From a virus, in IMG/VR virus record IMGVR_UViG_3300027777_001718, positions 1 through 64,000 of that record: a stretch of DNA of 64,000 bases; one strand, given 5' to 3'. Within the stretch, counting starts at the first letter, position 1. Each line of letters starts with the position of its first letter. Below are positions 24,678-34,786 of the stretch, piece after piece. The notes under the pieces are model-generated. The model had not been told where the DNA came from and made no database searches. It saw only the letters and a list, made by a program, of their open reading frames with translations. The position numbers and the translations under genes are program-made.

Positions 24678-25319
24678 TCAGTCTCGCATAGTGATGGGAT
24701 CTTCGCCTGTAAACCCGCTGCGAATACCGGCGACTAATATGTCTTTGGGGAGCACGCGCTGTGATGCCATTTTTATTTTGCGCACTGTCGGCGTTCTGGT
24801 GTCATCTGCCACAAATACCGTATACGCGTTTGTCATTACGCCAAACACGGTGACAGACAATACAGAAATTAAACCCGGCGATGTTGGGTCGGCTATCGTC
24901 ACTTCTTGCGAAAATGTCTGCGCGAATATGCCTGTCTTTGGGTTAGAAAATGCAATGCCGCCCAAAAACGAAAAACACTCTTCAGCGCGGGATTTGTCAA
25001 TACAGTACAGCCGTTTGTCCCAGTTCACAGCCCGCGTAGTTCCGGGCAGCGGTTTAATGCCCATACCGCGAAAAAAGAACTCATGATCTTTGACGAGTTC
25101 GACGCAAAATGGCCGCATGTCTGCCGTCTCTGCTGGGAACCGCGCATCAAATTCAATAACCGGATCTTTGTCAAACTCACTGTGCGTAAATAGTAACGCT
25201 GGCGTAAACAACGCTACAGGTTTTTCACGCCGCCGAAGTGCGTCAAATATTGAAAGCGTTGGCACTGCGTCAGCGCCATTAATCGCGTCAAGCTCGCGAA
25301 AGGAATCTGGCCGCTGCAT
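24678..25319 (-). CDS. Hypothetical protein
   Basis: Likely start MQRPDS just after the ruvC stop. Confidence 0.6.
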   Translation of the reverse strand: MQRPDSFRELDAINGADAVPTLSIFDALRRREKPVALFTPALLFTHSEFDKDPVIEFDARFPAETADMRPFCVELVKDHEFFFRGMGIKPLPGTTRAVNWDKRLYCIDKSRAEECFSFLGGIAFSNPKTGIFAQTFSQEVTIADPTSPGLISVLSVTVFGVMTNAYTVFVADDTRTPTVRKIKMASQRVLPKDILVAGIRSGFTGEDPITMRD

Positions 25320-25323
25320 GGCA

Positions 25324-25956
25324 TTACGTTGCTTTCGGTAACCCCGGCTCGACAGTGTGGATGAGCAGCAGTAAAACAAATGCCGCGTCTACAACGTTAT
25401 CCACACCGGTTGATTTATACTTGTCGGCGTTAAATGCTGTACCAAGTTTATTTGCCGCGGCAATCATGTCTTCTTTGCTTGCCTTACCGTTTCCGGTGGC
25501 ATACTTTTTAATCGTACTAATAGCAAAACCTTGCGCCAGCAAATTCGCTTCTTCGGCCCACGTGGCTACGGTCACTTTCATACCGCCTAAGACTTCAGAC
25601 GCAGTGGCGACACGAGACAGCACAGCCGGAATGCCGAATTTCTTGTTGACAAAGAATTCGCGTGGCGGCGTGTACTTGACGTCTTCGTAACCAATGACAT
25701 CAGGCTGCACGGTGTTTAAGAATGAGCGTAAGCGTACAAATCGCGCAGCGCCAGATTCAAGACCTTGTGTAGACAAATCCCACTGAAACAGCTGCAATTT
25801 TTCTTGCAGCAGTTTCTTGCCTTTCACAAAGTCATAAACCGCTACACCGCAGTTACTACCAAGGTCTAAGCCGATAAATCGAAGAGCGTCCGCTGGCTTC
25901 TTATCCAGTTTTGGCCCGAACTGCCTCGGGTCCTTGTACATCCTGTACTTCGGCAT
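25324..25956 (-). CDS. ruvC: RuvC-like Holliday junction resolvase
   Basis: IGLDLG, GYEDV, TIKKYATGNGKASKEDM, DNVVDA catalytic pattern. Confidence 0.9.
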   Translation of the reverse strand: MPKYRMYKDPRQFGPKLDKKPADALRFIGLDLGSNCGVAVYDFVKGKKLLQEKLQLFQWDLSTQGLESGAARFVRLRSFLNTVQPDVIGYEDVKYTPPREFFVNKKFGIPAVLSRVATASEVLGGMKVTVATWAEEANLLAQGFAISTIKKYATGNGKASKEDMIAAANKLGTAFNADKYKSTGVDNVVDAAFVLLLLIHTVEPGLPKAT

Positions 25957-25966
25957 TATGTGCTTT

Positions 25967-26626
25967 CTAGCGGCTAGGCATAAATACGTCTTTGATTCGC
26001 TGCCACAGCGGTTTTACTTGCGCAACTGTAACTGCCGCTGCCGGCAGTTGCGCTGTTGCAAGTTTTTCGCGCGTGGCTGCAAGTTCTTTATATAGCAGGT
26101 TTAGGCGCGTCTGCAATACGTCATTGCGCATATGCATAAGATCCGCTGCAAAATCTGCGTCGTATTTCGGAGCCCCGTGACGCGCTGCAAACTCGCGCAC
26201 TGTCGAGACAAACCGCGCCATGTTTGTCTGGGCGGGAGATTCTTCGCCGACAACGGAGACTTCACGCACAGCCAAGAACCACGCAGCGCAACATACCTCG
26301 CCAATGGCCGCAAACAATACCTGTCGCAGCGGGTAGCTGAATTCCACAAAGTTACGACGCGCCAAAGCTTGCTCGAAACTAGACACAGGATCTGCCGCGT
26401 TTACAAAATCACGCTGAGCTGCCGCAAGCGCTGCGGCAATATTAGTCACGTCATCGTCTGTGATGTTGTTCTTGGCGTACCAGTCAAGCGCTTCTGCTGA
26501 CAAAGAACCAATGTCCATATTCTCAATTGCCCGCGTCATCAGCGTTGGCGTGATGTAAGCGTAGTCGCGCTCAGGGTTGTAGAGCGGCCCGCTATCGCCT
26601 TTCTGGCGATATCCAATACTACTCAT
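25967..26626 (-). CDS. Hypothetical protein
   Basis: 219-aa ORF with C-terminal coiled coil. Confidence 0.62.
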   Translation of the reverse strand: MSSIGYRQKGDSGPLYNPERDYAYITPTLMTRAIENMDIGSLSAEALDWYAKNNITDDDVTNIAAALAAAQRDFVNAADPVSSFEQALARRNFVEFSYPLRQVLFAAIGEVCCAAWFLAVREVSVVGEESPAQTNMARFVSTVREFAARHGAPKYDADFAADLMHMRNDVLQTRLNLLYKELAATREKLATAQLPAAAVTVAQVKPLWQRIKDVFMPSR

Positions 26627-26635
26627 ATAATCCTT

Positions 26636-27496
26636 TCAATTGTCTGCGTTACCGGCGCACTCTACATGACTGTGCAAATACCGACAACGAACACACACGT
26701 CACCCTTATCTGTCGGATCAAAGAAACCCTCGGTACTGCACGTTGAACACAAACGCGCTTCATACGTCCTAGCGTGTGTTGCAAATTCACACTGGTCATA
26801 CCCAAACCAACAAAAAGAACAACCGTGCTCAAATTGATCCGGGCACGGTTTAGCGCGACAACGAACTTCAATTAGCTTGCGATTTGCCTTCAGCATACTG
26901 CTGCTAGCGCTTACTGTCGCAAAAAACGGCATTTCTCGGCTGCGCGACGCGTCAATATGCGCGAAAAACAACAGGTTTACAAAATGCAAAGCCGTCGAAT
27001 ACGGGTATGCGCCCCACGGCGCTGAAAATCCCAGTGTCGTCGAAATTGCAAAACAACTGCCGCGTGAAAAGAACTGCGTGATGACCATTGGACAAGGAGA
27101 ACCGGCAAGCACGCGACAAGTGAATAAAAACCCGGGAGCATTTTTACGTTTAAAAGGCCGCACGCTCTCTACAACGACGGGCACAACCTCATCGCCAAGT
27201 TGCTGCGACCATTTTAAAACAGGCTGCCCGTCAATGAGCTTTTCTACGTTCCCGGCCAATCGCCACGCTAAATCCGCGGCAACTTGTTGCGTTAGCTTTG
27301 TCCCGGCAAGTACCCTAATCGAATCATACAGCGCCGTCTCGACAACAGTAGCCGGCATTTCAGCCATGATGTCTTTACAGATATCATAAACCGTGGCGCC
27401 AATAATGTTGGCGTTGATATACGGTCGGAGCGCGCGAGTGCAAATTTTGTCTCTGCGCTCGCGCACACGAACATAACTAAACGGGGTTTGAGTCAT
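26636..27496 (-). CDS. Hypothetical protein with Cys-rich (Zn-binding) C-terminus
   Basis: CP..HGCxxC, CxxC, CxxC motifs. Confidence 0.65.
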   Translation of the reverse strand: MTQTPFSYVRVRERRDKICTRALRPYINANIIGATVYDICKDIMAEMPATVVETALYDSIRVLAGTKLTQQVAADLAWRLAGNVEKLIDGQPVLKWSQQLGDEVVPVVVESVRPFKRKNAPGFLFTCRVLAGSPCPMVITQFFSRGSCFAISTTLGFSAPWGAYPYSTALHFVNLLFFAHIDASRSREMPFFATVSASSSMLKANRKLIEVRCRAKPCPDQFEHGCSFCWFGYDQCEFATHARTYEARLCSTCSTEGFFDPTDKGDVCVRCRYLHSHVECAGNADN

Positions 27497-28112
27497 TGGT
27501 TTGCGCCGTCTCTGTTTGATCCGCCAGTGACACACCGGTACTCGTTAGTGGTACCGCGCCGGCCGGCGTGAATTTTCGATCTGGGTTATTTTTCTCCCAC
27601 GCGGCCCGAGCTTTGCCGCTTGTTTCTTCAGTCAACGAAGCAATGTTTTTCACTCCGGCTGCTTCCTGTTCAAGCTGCACGATAAGCGACCCCAGTTCGC
27701 CGGACAAAAGACTAGCAATGTCACCAACGCAAACCACGTTTTTGACCGTGGCCGTTGTTAGCTCGCCTACGTTGCCATCTTTTGCGATACGAAACGTAAA
27801 CGTAATTTCAGCAAGTTGTACTGTTTCCGGCAGCGGATCCGAAAGCGGTTTGCCATTTAACTCATTAGCGATGAGTTTCAACGCGTCAAATCGCTTGTAG
27901 ATTTCTTCAATCTTGAGCGCTGAATTCTTGATAAGTTCGCCCGCATTAACGCGCTCGGTTGCTTGTTCGGTCGCGGTCTGAAGCGCTTTCGACAACGCTG
28001 ACGCGTCAAGGCGCAAAGGTACATTTACCATTTGTTGTGCGGCTGGTTGTTGCGCAGCCGGCTTTTCTGTCTTAATAGCGTCCACAACTGTCTGCTTTGC
28101 TGGTCGAACCAT
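27477..28112 (-). CDS. Hypothetical protein
   Basis: 211-aa ORF with GGAG RBS. Confidence 0.62.
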   Translation of the reverse strand: MVRPAKQTVVDAIKTEKPAAQQPAAQQMVNVPLRLDASALSKALQTATEQATERVNAGELIKNSALKIEEIYKRFDALKLIANELNGKPLSDPLPETVQLAEITFTFRIAKDGNVGELTTATVKNVVCVGDIASLLSGELGSLIVQLEQEAAGVKNIASLTEETSGKARAAWEKNNPDRKFTPAGAVPLTSTGVSLADQTETAQTNDSNPV

Positions 28113-28122
28113 GATTACTCCT

Positions 28123-28527
28123 TTAATTTGTTACTACTGCGAAACCAACCCAATAGTTTAAACCGATATTGATATCTGTATCCTCGTCGTAACGCAACTC
28201 TACCGGCGTGCCCGTTACGACATAAAAATCACTCACTTTTCCCGGTAACTGCCCTGCGCAAGATAGCCCAAGTTGAAGCATAAAAGCAAGCGCAAGATCG
28301 GCTGCCGGGTCTAACGTGTATGGAAACAGCGGAATCCGCAAATATTCGTCATGGTCCGTGCTAGACCACTCAGGCACGCCGCCGGGGACAAGCGGCGACG
28401 ACAGCACAAGCCAGTTGCCGCGGTCTAATTTGGATTTAGGTTTTACCATCGCCGGCGCAAACGGCTGTTCTTTTGGCCAATGCCGCCGAGTGAGTTCTAG
28501 ATCAATCTGATCAACAAGCAGCTTCAT
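28123..28527 (-). CDS. Hypothetical protein
   Basis: ATGA overlap with the upstream gene. Confidence 0.6.
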   Translation of the reverse strand: MKLLVDQIDLELTRRHWPKEQPFAPAMVKPKSKLDRGNWLVLSSPLVPGGVPEWSSTDHDEYLRIPLFPYTLDPAADLALAFMLQLGLSCAGQLPGKVSDFYVVTGTPVELRYDEDTDINIGLNYWVGFAVVTN

Positions 28528-29264
28528 AACTGATACTCAAACCCGATAGGTGATTCTTGCGGACCACGTTTAGACCCAGCAAACTCCAGCCCGGTCTCGT
28601 TGGCATTAATCCACACGCCGTCGCGGAAATGACACACAGCCAAGTTGTTCTGGCGGCACAATTCTCCCAGCATTACATCTACGCCACGTTGTTTTAAGCC
28701 GACTGTCGGCCAGTCAAATTTCTGCAGCACAGCTGACTGAATAGCCCACCAACTGCCAGAAGCGTGTTTTACGTACGGCTCCGGTTCTTTTCCGTTGTAC
28801 CACGGCTGCGCTTTTATCCAGCCAGCTTGATTTCCTGTCAAGCGTGTGCGGTAAATAGAGCCGAGCATAGCGTGCGATTCTAGTTGTTTTTTGACGCGTG
28901 GCAACCATTTTGCGGGATCCGTATCCGGCGCAAAACAAGAGTCGTCATCAAACCAAATCGTAATCGGTGATGTCACAGGATCACTGTAAAACAACCGCCG
29001 CATCATCGGGTACTTGTGCGTGTTTGTAGACGAATCTACAAACAAAGCTCCGGGAAAAAACGCTGCCATCTGCGCGCGTACAAATGCTCTGGTTGCGTCG
29101 CTTACCGCGTTGCAACCAAACCGAAACTCGACGTTTTCCTGCCCTAACCGGCGCATAGGTTCGTTTAAAACCCGCTGCGCCAATCTAAAACAGTGCTCGT
29201 CAGCCCCGTAAAATAACACGCATACGCAAGCGTCAGCGGATCCTTCCGCCATCTTCGGCTCCAT
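28524..29264 (-). CDS. Glycosyltransferase, GT-A fold (GT2-like)
   Basis: N-terminal beta strand, NAVSDAT, IWFDDDS DxD motif, GSWWAI, GVDVMLG. Confidence 0.7.
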   Translation of the reverse strand: MEPKMAEGSADACVCVLFYGADEHCFRLAQRVLNEPMRRLGQENVEFRFGCNAVSDATRAFVRAQMAAFFPGALFVDSSTNTHKYPMMRRLFYSDPVTSPITIWFDDDSCFAPDTDPAKWLPRVKKQLESHAMLGSIYRTRLTGNQAGWIKAQPWYNGKEPEPYVKHASGSWWAIQSAVLQKFDWPTVGLKQRGVDVMLGELCRQNNLAVCHFRDGVWINANETGLEFAGSKRGPQESPIGFEYQL

Positions 29265-29280
29265 CCGGCAAACGAATTAG

Positions 29281-29829
29281 TTACATGCCAACATTTGTCA
29301 GCGCAGACCTAGGAACAGCCACAGGCAACACAACAGGCGCAACCCGAGATCGGCCAAGCAGGGTCATTGCGCGCACAACATCACGCATAGTTGGCGGTTC
29401 TTTGTTTTTTACCTGCTGCACTAACTTTTCTGTCAGCTCTAAAAATTGGGCGCGGTCCTTTGTAGAACTGAAGTTGAACCGCACAGAAAACTGCGTAACA
29501 GTTTTGCCGGCGTGCTCGTCAGCTACTTCATTTCTTTCCCACGCCTTGCCTTTAGCAACACGCGTATAGACTAAAGACAGTCTACCGCGCATGTCATAAA
29601 TAACAAGTACCGTGGCTTTGTCTAAATCATCCAAAATCGAAAAAACATGTGGATACTGAGTACACGGCACAAACGGTAATTGTGCCGCGTTACTTTCGTC
29701 TAAATTAACGCGACCTAGCTGAACAGGAAAAGCTCGGTTGCCTAGCTTTTCGTCGGAAGCTGTAAATTCAGCTTCTAAGCTGCTTGTGCCGGGCTCGATA
29801 ACAACGGGGACATTTCGTACTGAAAACAT
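29281..29829 (-). CDS. Hypothetical protein
   Basis: 182-aa ORF. Confidence 0.6.
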   Translation of the reverse strand: MFSVRNVPVVIEPGTSSLEAEFTASDEKLGNRAFPVQLGRVNLDESNAAQLPFVPCTQYPHVFSILDDLDKATVLVIYDMRGRLSLVYTRVAKGKAWERNEVADEHAGKTVTQFSVRFNFSSTKDRAQFLELTEKLVQQVKNKEPPTMRDVVRAMTLLGRSRVAPVVLPVAVPRSALTNVGM

Positions 29830-29838
29830 GGAAACCGC

Positions 29839-30738
29839 CTATCGTGTAATGTCGGAATGAGCTTTACGAGCCTTCTGCCGCGGTGCTTCGTCTTCACCGG
29901 CAGCGTCATCGTCTTCCTCACGACTTTCCAGCTCACTACGAACTTTCGCGCACATTGCTTCGTGATCCGACACGATGTCCGAAAGTTTTTGGAAATTCTC
30001 TATAACTTCATTGAGATACCCACGCACTGTCTCGTCCAGCTTTGTGGGCGACGAATTGACAATGTCGTCGTAGATATTGTCTTTGTTTTCTGTCAGCCAC
30101 AAACTTTCTGAGCGGGTAATAAATCGCCGCTGATGTTGTAACAAATCGTAGATCTGCTGCTTCAGGCCCTTGGGCGACTGATGCGTCCGGCCACTGTTCT
30201 TCTGTTTGCCGCGAATCTCTTGCAGCTCCGTAGCCAATGCCCGCGCCGTGTACGCTTCTTCTGCGCACTTTTCCTCAAGCACAGCCCGCTGACCATCATC
30301 GGGCACCTGCGCAAGCAGCTGCACGTGGGACGTCGTCAGGCGCCAGCGTGGCCGATCAGGACACCGCATGCCAAGCAAGCGCGTAATCTCGCCCTCGCTT
30401 GGGTACTTCTCAAAAAAGTTCACGGCGCCGCGCAGCTGATCAATGGTGTACACGGGTGCAAAGATCGACATGAGCAGTGACGCCCCATCAATGTGAGCTG
30501 TCTGCTGTTCTGCCGTCAGATACCGTGCGGGGTCGTCACGGACTTCTGTAATCAACCGACCAACGCGCCAAAACGCCGTCATGTTTGCAATCTGAATGTC
30601 ACCAAACAGATTGTCAATCTCTGACACTACGTCTTGTAACGCCGGCGTCAAATTGGTCTGGGCAGTTAGCAACGGAGAATTGCGTGACTCCACAATTTCC
30701 GCCTGTATTGCTAACTCCGATTTAGACTTGCGCCCCAT
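29839..30738 (-). CDS. DUF1016/YhcG N-terminal-like DNA-binding domain protein
   Basis: FWRVGRLI...LRGAVNFFEKYP...LTTSHVQLL...QR...YTARAL parallels YWxIG...LxxMRxFY...LSWSH..LL...R...WSxRxL. Confidence 0.6.
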   Translation of the reverse strand: MGRKSKSELAIQAEIVESRNSPLLTAQTNLTPALQDVVSEIDNLFGDIQIANMTAFWRVGRLITEVRDDPARYLTAEQQTAHIDGASLLMSIFAPVYTIDQLRGAVNFFEKYPSEGEITRLLGMRCPDRPRWRLTTSHVQLLAQVPDDGQRAVLEEKCAEEAYTARALATELQEIRGKQKNSGRTHQSPKGLKQQIYDLLQHQRRFITRSESLWLTENKDNIYDDIVNSSPTKLDETVRGYLNEVIENFQKLSDIVSDHEAMCAKVRSELESREEDDDAAGEDEAPRQKARKAHSDITR

Positions 30739-30768
30739 AATTCCTCCTTAATGAATAAACAACAAAAC

Positions 30769-31923
30769 CTACTTGCGTTTTTGCTTTTTGGTATCCGGTA
30801 TCAACATGTGCATAGCCGCTGCCTGAAGCACATCACGCTGAACGTGGTATTGATTCTTGGCGTACCGCAAAACCGAACAAAACAAGTCATACGCGGTTCT
30901 TTCCCGCAACGCTTCTTTTGTATAAACCTCTAAAGCTCCGCGCGGTTCTATATCTGCTCCCGCTAGCGCGGCGTTCTTGACAATATTGCGCGACTCATCC
31001 CGCGGAATCTTGAACTTTGACAGATACGTCACCAGACTGTTTGTGACGGCGTCCATGGTCGTTTTGTCGTCAGAGAAATTGAGCGGAACACTGCACAACG
31101 CAGCGACCTGTTTCGCCACTACGTCCATGTCGATCTCTTGCTCAACCGTCCGCGACACAAGCAACTGCGTACGCCCTGTCAGATCAGCGCCAGTATGATT
31201 TACGCGTGACTTAGGGCCAGACGGCGTCACCGCCACGCCAAACTTGGTGTACAGGCACGTCGCCGCCCGAATGGCCAGCCCCGTATCTTCGCGGTTAGAG
31301 AAATACCAGCCAGCCGCAAAAGTGTGCCGCGGGTTGGTATAGATATCATTACGCCGGGATTTTGGGTTGATGAAATACAACCGCAGCTCCCGGCCAATAA
31401 TCTCAGCCCGCGAAAACTGTGCGTCTGGTTGTTTCTCCTGCAGCTCGTTGCAGATGATGTCCAGAAACGCACCGTTGTCGAGCATTCTATGATCAAGGCC
31501 CAGAAAGCCGTCGACCGTTTGCTCCCGGTGGTTTACAAGCAAATTGCGCTCGCGCAAAGCTTCAAACCGTACGCGCAGCACCACGTTGTAAATACCAACC
31601 GCGGCAGCAACATCACATTCACGCGCGGATAACTTTAAAAAACGGCTATTTTCGCCCGACAACTCGTTAAACAACGCGTTCAATCCGTGCGCCAACGCCG
31701 TCGCCAATGCCCCGAAACCAAGCGCGTTATATCGATAGCCACTCTCAGTCAGCCGGCCGTCGGCGTTCATGACTAGTTGGGCTTCGTCTACAACTGGGAC
31801 GCACTCTGTGCTTGCCGTACGCGTCGCTAGAAAATTGCGACAGTCATCCAGCTGGGCCGCCGAAAAAGAGAACGCGGCTACAGGAGCAAAAATGCTTTTT
31901 ACGCCCGCGTTGGTAGAAGACAT
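30769..31923 (-). CDS. DUF932-like protein
   Basis: FLGLDHRMLDNGAFL and AGWYFSNREDTG parallel the DUF932 S..Y..LDN and G..ISNSE.G motifs. Confidence 0.55.
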   Translation of the reverse strand: MSSTNAGVKSIFAPVAAFSFSAAQLDDCRNFLATRTASTECVPVVDEAQLVMNADGRLTESGYRYNALGFGALATALAHGLNALFNELSGENSRFLKLSARECDVAAAVGIYNVVLRVRFEALRERNLLVNHREQTVDGFLGLDHRMLDNGAFLDIICNELQEKQPDAQFSRAEIIGRELRLYFINPKSRRNDIYTNPRHTFAAGWYFSNREDTGLAIRAATCLYTKFGVAVTPSGPKSRVNHTGADLTGRTQLLVSRTVEQEIDMDVVAKQVAALCSVPLNFSDDKTTMDAVTNSLVTYLSKFKIPRDESRNIVKNAALAGADIEPRGALEVYTKEALRERTAYDLFCSVLRYAKNQYHVQRDVLQAAAMHMLIPDTKKQKRK

Positions 31924-31953
31924 TCTCACCGCGACACCCCATGCCTGCGATTG

Positions 31954-32499
31954 TTACGTCGCCCATTCCGCGCCAATAAGCGGAAACAACGTACTGGTCA
32001 ACTCAACGGTCATCGGCATCTTGTCAAACTGCAAGTTCCACGTCACACGCGGAATATCGCCGGCATCTGTATTCAAGTTATGCGCACAAAACATTGTCCG
32101 CACAACCGGAAATACAAAGATGAAGTTACTGCCAGTATCCACTTCTTGCCGGCGCAAGTTTTTCGATATAGCCTGACAAAGCCTGTTTCTACCCGCTGTG
32201 GGATTCTTGAACAAGTCGCTGATCGTAAGTTCGTGCAACTTCGGAATCCGGCGGCCGCACAAAACTGCCGGGAAATGAAGGTAGGCGCTGTTAAACCAAT
32301 TAAAGTTCAACTTGTCGTGCCCTGTCATATCCCGGCACTCATTTGCCAGCTTACCCCACCCAAGCCGTTTGATACCGCACTCATTGAAGACACGCTTAAT
32401 AATGCGCTCTTCAAACGCCAGTTGCCGTTGAAGCCGGACAGCGTCGGCGTTTTCGCTATTTTCGTTAAACAGATTGCCAAAGAATTGATCGCGGTCCAT
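31954..32499 (-). CDS. Hypothetical protein
   Basis: 181-aa ORF. Confidence 0.6.
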   Translation of the reverse strand: MDRDQFFGNLFNENSENADAVRLQRQLAFEERIIKRVFNECGIKRLGWGKLANECRDMTGHDKLNFNWFNSAYLHFPAVLCGRRIPKLHELTISDLFKNPTAGRNRLCQAISKNLRRQEVDTGSNFIFVFPVVRTMFCAHNLNTDAGDIPRVTWNLQFDKMPMTVELTSTLFPLIGAEWAT

Positions 32500-32502
32500 G
32501 AT

Positions 32503-32715
32503 TTACTCAATCGTGATGCCGTGTGAGTTACGAATTATGTCGCGTATTTCTTGTAAGTGCCTGTCGATCTCTTCGGGCAGATTGCCGTGTTTGATCAGTC
32601 CGCGGCAATGCTGGTCAATATCCCAGATCAAATTGCGGGCAGCTGCGCCTTCAACGGCTGCCGTAAACTCTGACTGCTCTTCGGGAAGGTCAAAAGATAG
32701 CGTGGCTTTCGGCAT
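32503..32715 (-). CDS. Conserved small phage protein
   Basis: MPKATLSFDLPEE..EF..A..G pattern. Confidence 0.65.
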   Translation of the reverse strand: MPKATLSFDLPEEQSEFTAAVEGAAARNLIWDIDQHCRGLIKHGNLPEEIDRHLQEIRDIIRNSHGITIE

Positions 32716-32718
32716 GGT

Positions 32719-33093
32719 TCACCCTGTTTGCGGGAAATCTGGCGCCTTGTCTGCCGTCATTTCAAACTTGGTGTAATCAGCGGCATCTTCTGGCATCACA
32801 CCGCGATACGTGAACGCCGTAAGCGACCGGTTAGCCACTTCAGGATCAGGATAAGTCAGCGCGACATACCAATGGCAAACATCTTCGTCGCGCGCGTTGG
32901 TCACCTTTTGGTAGAACCCGATACCGTGCTCGTAGTAAAGGTCGCGTAATAAAGATCTGAGCGGACAATAAATGTCTGGGTATGACTCCGCTGTGATTTC
33001 TTCGTCTGGCTCTTCGGCTGGCACGTTTTGCCCGTGCAATGGGCCGCCAAAACACGCCATCATCGGCACAAACTCTTTCTCTTCATGACTCAT
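32719..33093 (-). CDS. Hypothetical protein
   Basis: FGGPLHG motif; acidic. Confidence 0.58.
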   Translation of the reverse strand: MSHEEKEFVPMMACFGGPLHGQNVPAEEPDEEITAESYPDIYCPLRSLLRDLYYEHGIGFYQKVTNARDEDVCHWYVALTYPDPEVANRSLTAFTYRGVMPEDAADYTKFEMTADKAPDFPQTG

Positions 33094-33328
33094 CGGTTAT
33101 TGGCTCCGGCGGAACTCGTGTAAAATCTGCGTCGTGTCTAAATTCGCCGCACCAATCGCTACGCCTAACTTCAGGCCAAACACCGATTAAAATGGCTGCG
33201 TCTTTGGCCGCACGCGCTGCTGGTGCATGGCGCCTACAAAACCCATGCGCGTTGTTGTTTTCGGGGTGGTCGTAAAAGAAACAGTTAAAACAAACAACAG
33301 CTTCCGCGTCATTCTTTAAATTACTCAT
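33083..33328 (-). CDS. Small Cys-rich metal-binding phage protein
   Basis: CxxC..GxCRRHAP...WP.V...DWCGEF. Confidence 0.68.
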   Translation of the reverse strand: MSNLKNDAEAVVCFNCFFYDHPENNNAHGFCRRHAPAARAAKDAAILIGVWPEVRRSDWCGEFRHDADFTRVPPEPITDES

Positions 33329-34701
33329 CAGTCAACTTGGCCTAGTGGGTCAAAATCGGTCGGGATAATATCGCTAACAGCACTCGACGCGGCCATTAGC
33401 TCAGGAATGTCCGTCATTTCCTTAGTCTTAAGCTCGGCCATAACTTGCTCACGGAACTTACGGGCTGGATCGCAGATTGGGTAGTCATTCACGCCCAGAA
33501 TGCCGTGCAAGAGCCCCATGACCTTTTTGTTGCTCTCCAGCGCCATCGAGGCCTCAACCTCTGACAGCGCGTCCTGCTTGGAGATACCCAGCGCATTAGA
33601 AAACACAAGCGGCACATCAGCGTTCTTGGTGCCGTGCTTGTATTCCAGATCGCACACTTGTCTAAGAAGCGCCGGCAGTTTGGGATCCGTGCCCGGCTGC
33701 GGTTTCTTGTCGGCAGCCTGCAAATCCATCAACAGCCTGATAGTTGCGGTATGCCAGTCCCAGTAATGGTACTGCTTGTTGGTATACGACTCGTTCCCTT
33801 CAGCATCGCGGCCAGCAACAATGTCGTTGTACCACATGAGGTTAACAACGATCTTCCGGCCGGGAGCGCCAAGGTTATTCTTGGTCGCGGCGATACGCAC
33901 AGACTGCCCCTCGTACCGCCCGCCGGTGATATTCTTTTGCGATGCCTTGGACATATCCAAAATCAGCGTCGGGTAATAGTCCAGAGAAGCGCCGCCGGGA
34001 GCATACTTCTTGGGCGGGCCAAATCCCATAGAGTTGATTTCCTCCTTGAGATGGTTCGTGGCTACCAGCGCAATTGGATAGTGCCGCAGCGTGGGCACCA
34101 GCGCCGTCCGCATAAAGTCAGACAGGTTCCGGGCCAGATATGGATGCCCAGCAGCCGCATGACCCTCGTCAGCCACCTTCTCAACGCGCCGGTCAACCTC
34201 GACAGCCGAGATAGAGTCCACGCCGATACAAATAGGAATAACCCGGTCAGGGGCATTCTCGGCGTCGATCTGCTTGTGGATCGCTTGGCAAAAGCCCATG
34301 TACTTCTTCTGCCACTCTTCCACGCTCGCCGCCGTCGTGACTTTGGTACGGGCCATATACTGCGGATTGTGCCCGAAGAGGCCAGACATCATCGTCGGGC
34401 TGCCCTTGTTTTCAGTGTCGATCATAATCGCGCCGCCGCCATATACGTGGAACCAGCGCATGATCTCAATCAAAAACGCAGACTTGCCGGCGCTGAACTC
34501 ACCGCGAAGCTGGATAAACCGGCTCAGCGGAAAGATATTCGCCTGCAACAGATATCGTGCCGCCAGTGACGGCAGCGGCAGGCCGATCAGCGGATCATTA
34601 TCCTCTGCCGTGGCCTTGAGCACTTCCGTAAACATCGGGTGCTCGCCATTGCGGGCTTGGATATCAACTGATTCGTTTTCTTCCTTGCGTTTCCTGCCCA
34701 T
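33328..34701 (-). CDS. recA: RecA/UvsX-like recombinase
   Basis: GEFSAGKS Walker A, IDTE, VDSISA Walker B, TNH, PGG.SL.YY, KNNLGAP; likely start MGRKRK. Confidence 0.88.
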   Translation of the reverse strand: MGRKRKEENESVDIQARNGEHPMFTEVLKATAEDNDPLIGLPLPSLAARYLLQANIFPLSRFIQLRGEFSAGKSAFLIEIMRWFHVYGGGAIMIDTENKGSPTMMSGLFGHNPQYMARTKVTTAASVEEWQKKYMGFCQAIHKQIDAENAPDRVIPICIGVDSISAVEVDRRVEKVADEGHAAAGHPYLARNLSDFMRTALVPTLRHYPIALVATNHLKEEINSMGFGPPKKYAPGGASLDYYPTLILDMSKASQKNITGGRYEGQSVRIAATKNNLGAPGRKIVVNLMWYNDIVAGRDAEGNESYTNKQYHYWDWHTATIRLLMDLQAADKKPQPGTDPKLPALLRQVCDLEYKHGTKNADVPLVFSNALGISKQDALSEVEASMALESNKKVMGLLHGILGVNDYPICDPARKFREQVMAELKTKEMTDIPELMAASSAVSDIIPTDFDPLGQVD

Positions 34702-34736
34702 TTCAATCTTTCTTGTTTTGATATTAATTCGTGCCG

Positions 34737-34770
34737 CCCCGGGCGGTAGCGACATTGCCACCGCCCGGGG
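34737..34770 (-). promoter_or_regulatory. 14-bp GC-rich hairpin upstream of recA
   Basis: CCCCGGGCGGTGGC-AATGTC-GCTACCGCCCGGGG on the minus strand, no adjacent U-tract. Confidence 0.55.
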
Positions 34771-34786
34771 TAAACACTATTTACCG

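Noticed and set aside
22778-34569. Long plus-strand ORFs (22778-23938, 33634-34569)
   Set aside because: They lie fully antisense to better-supported minus-strand genes and show no recognisable motifs
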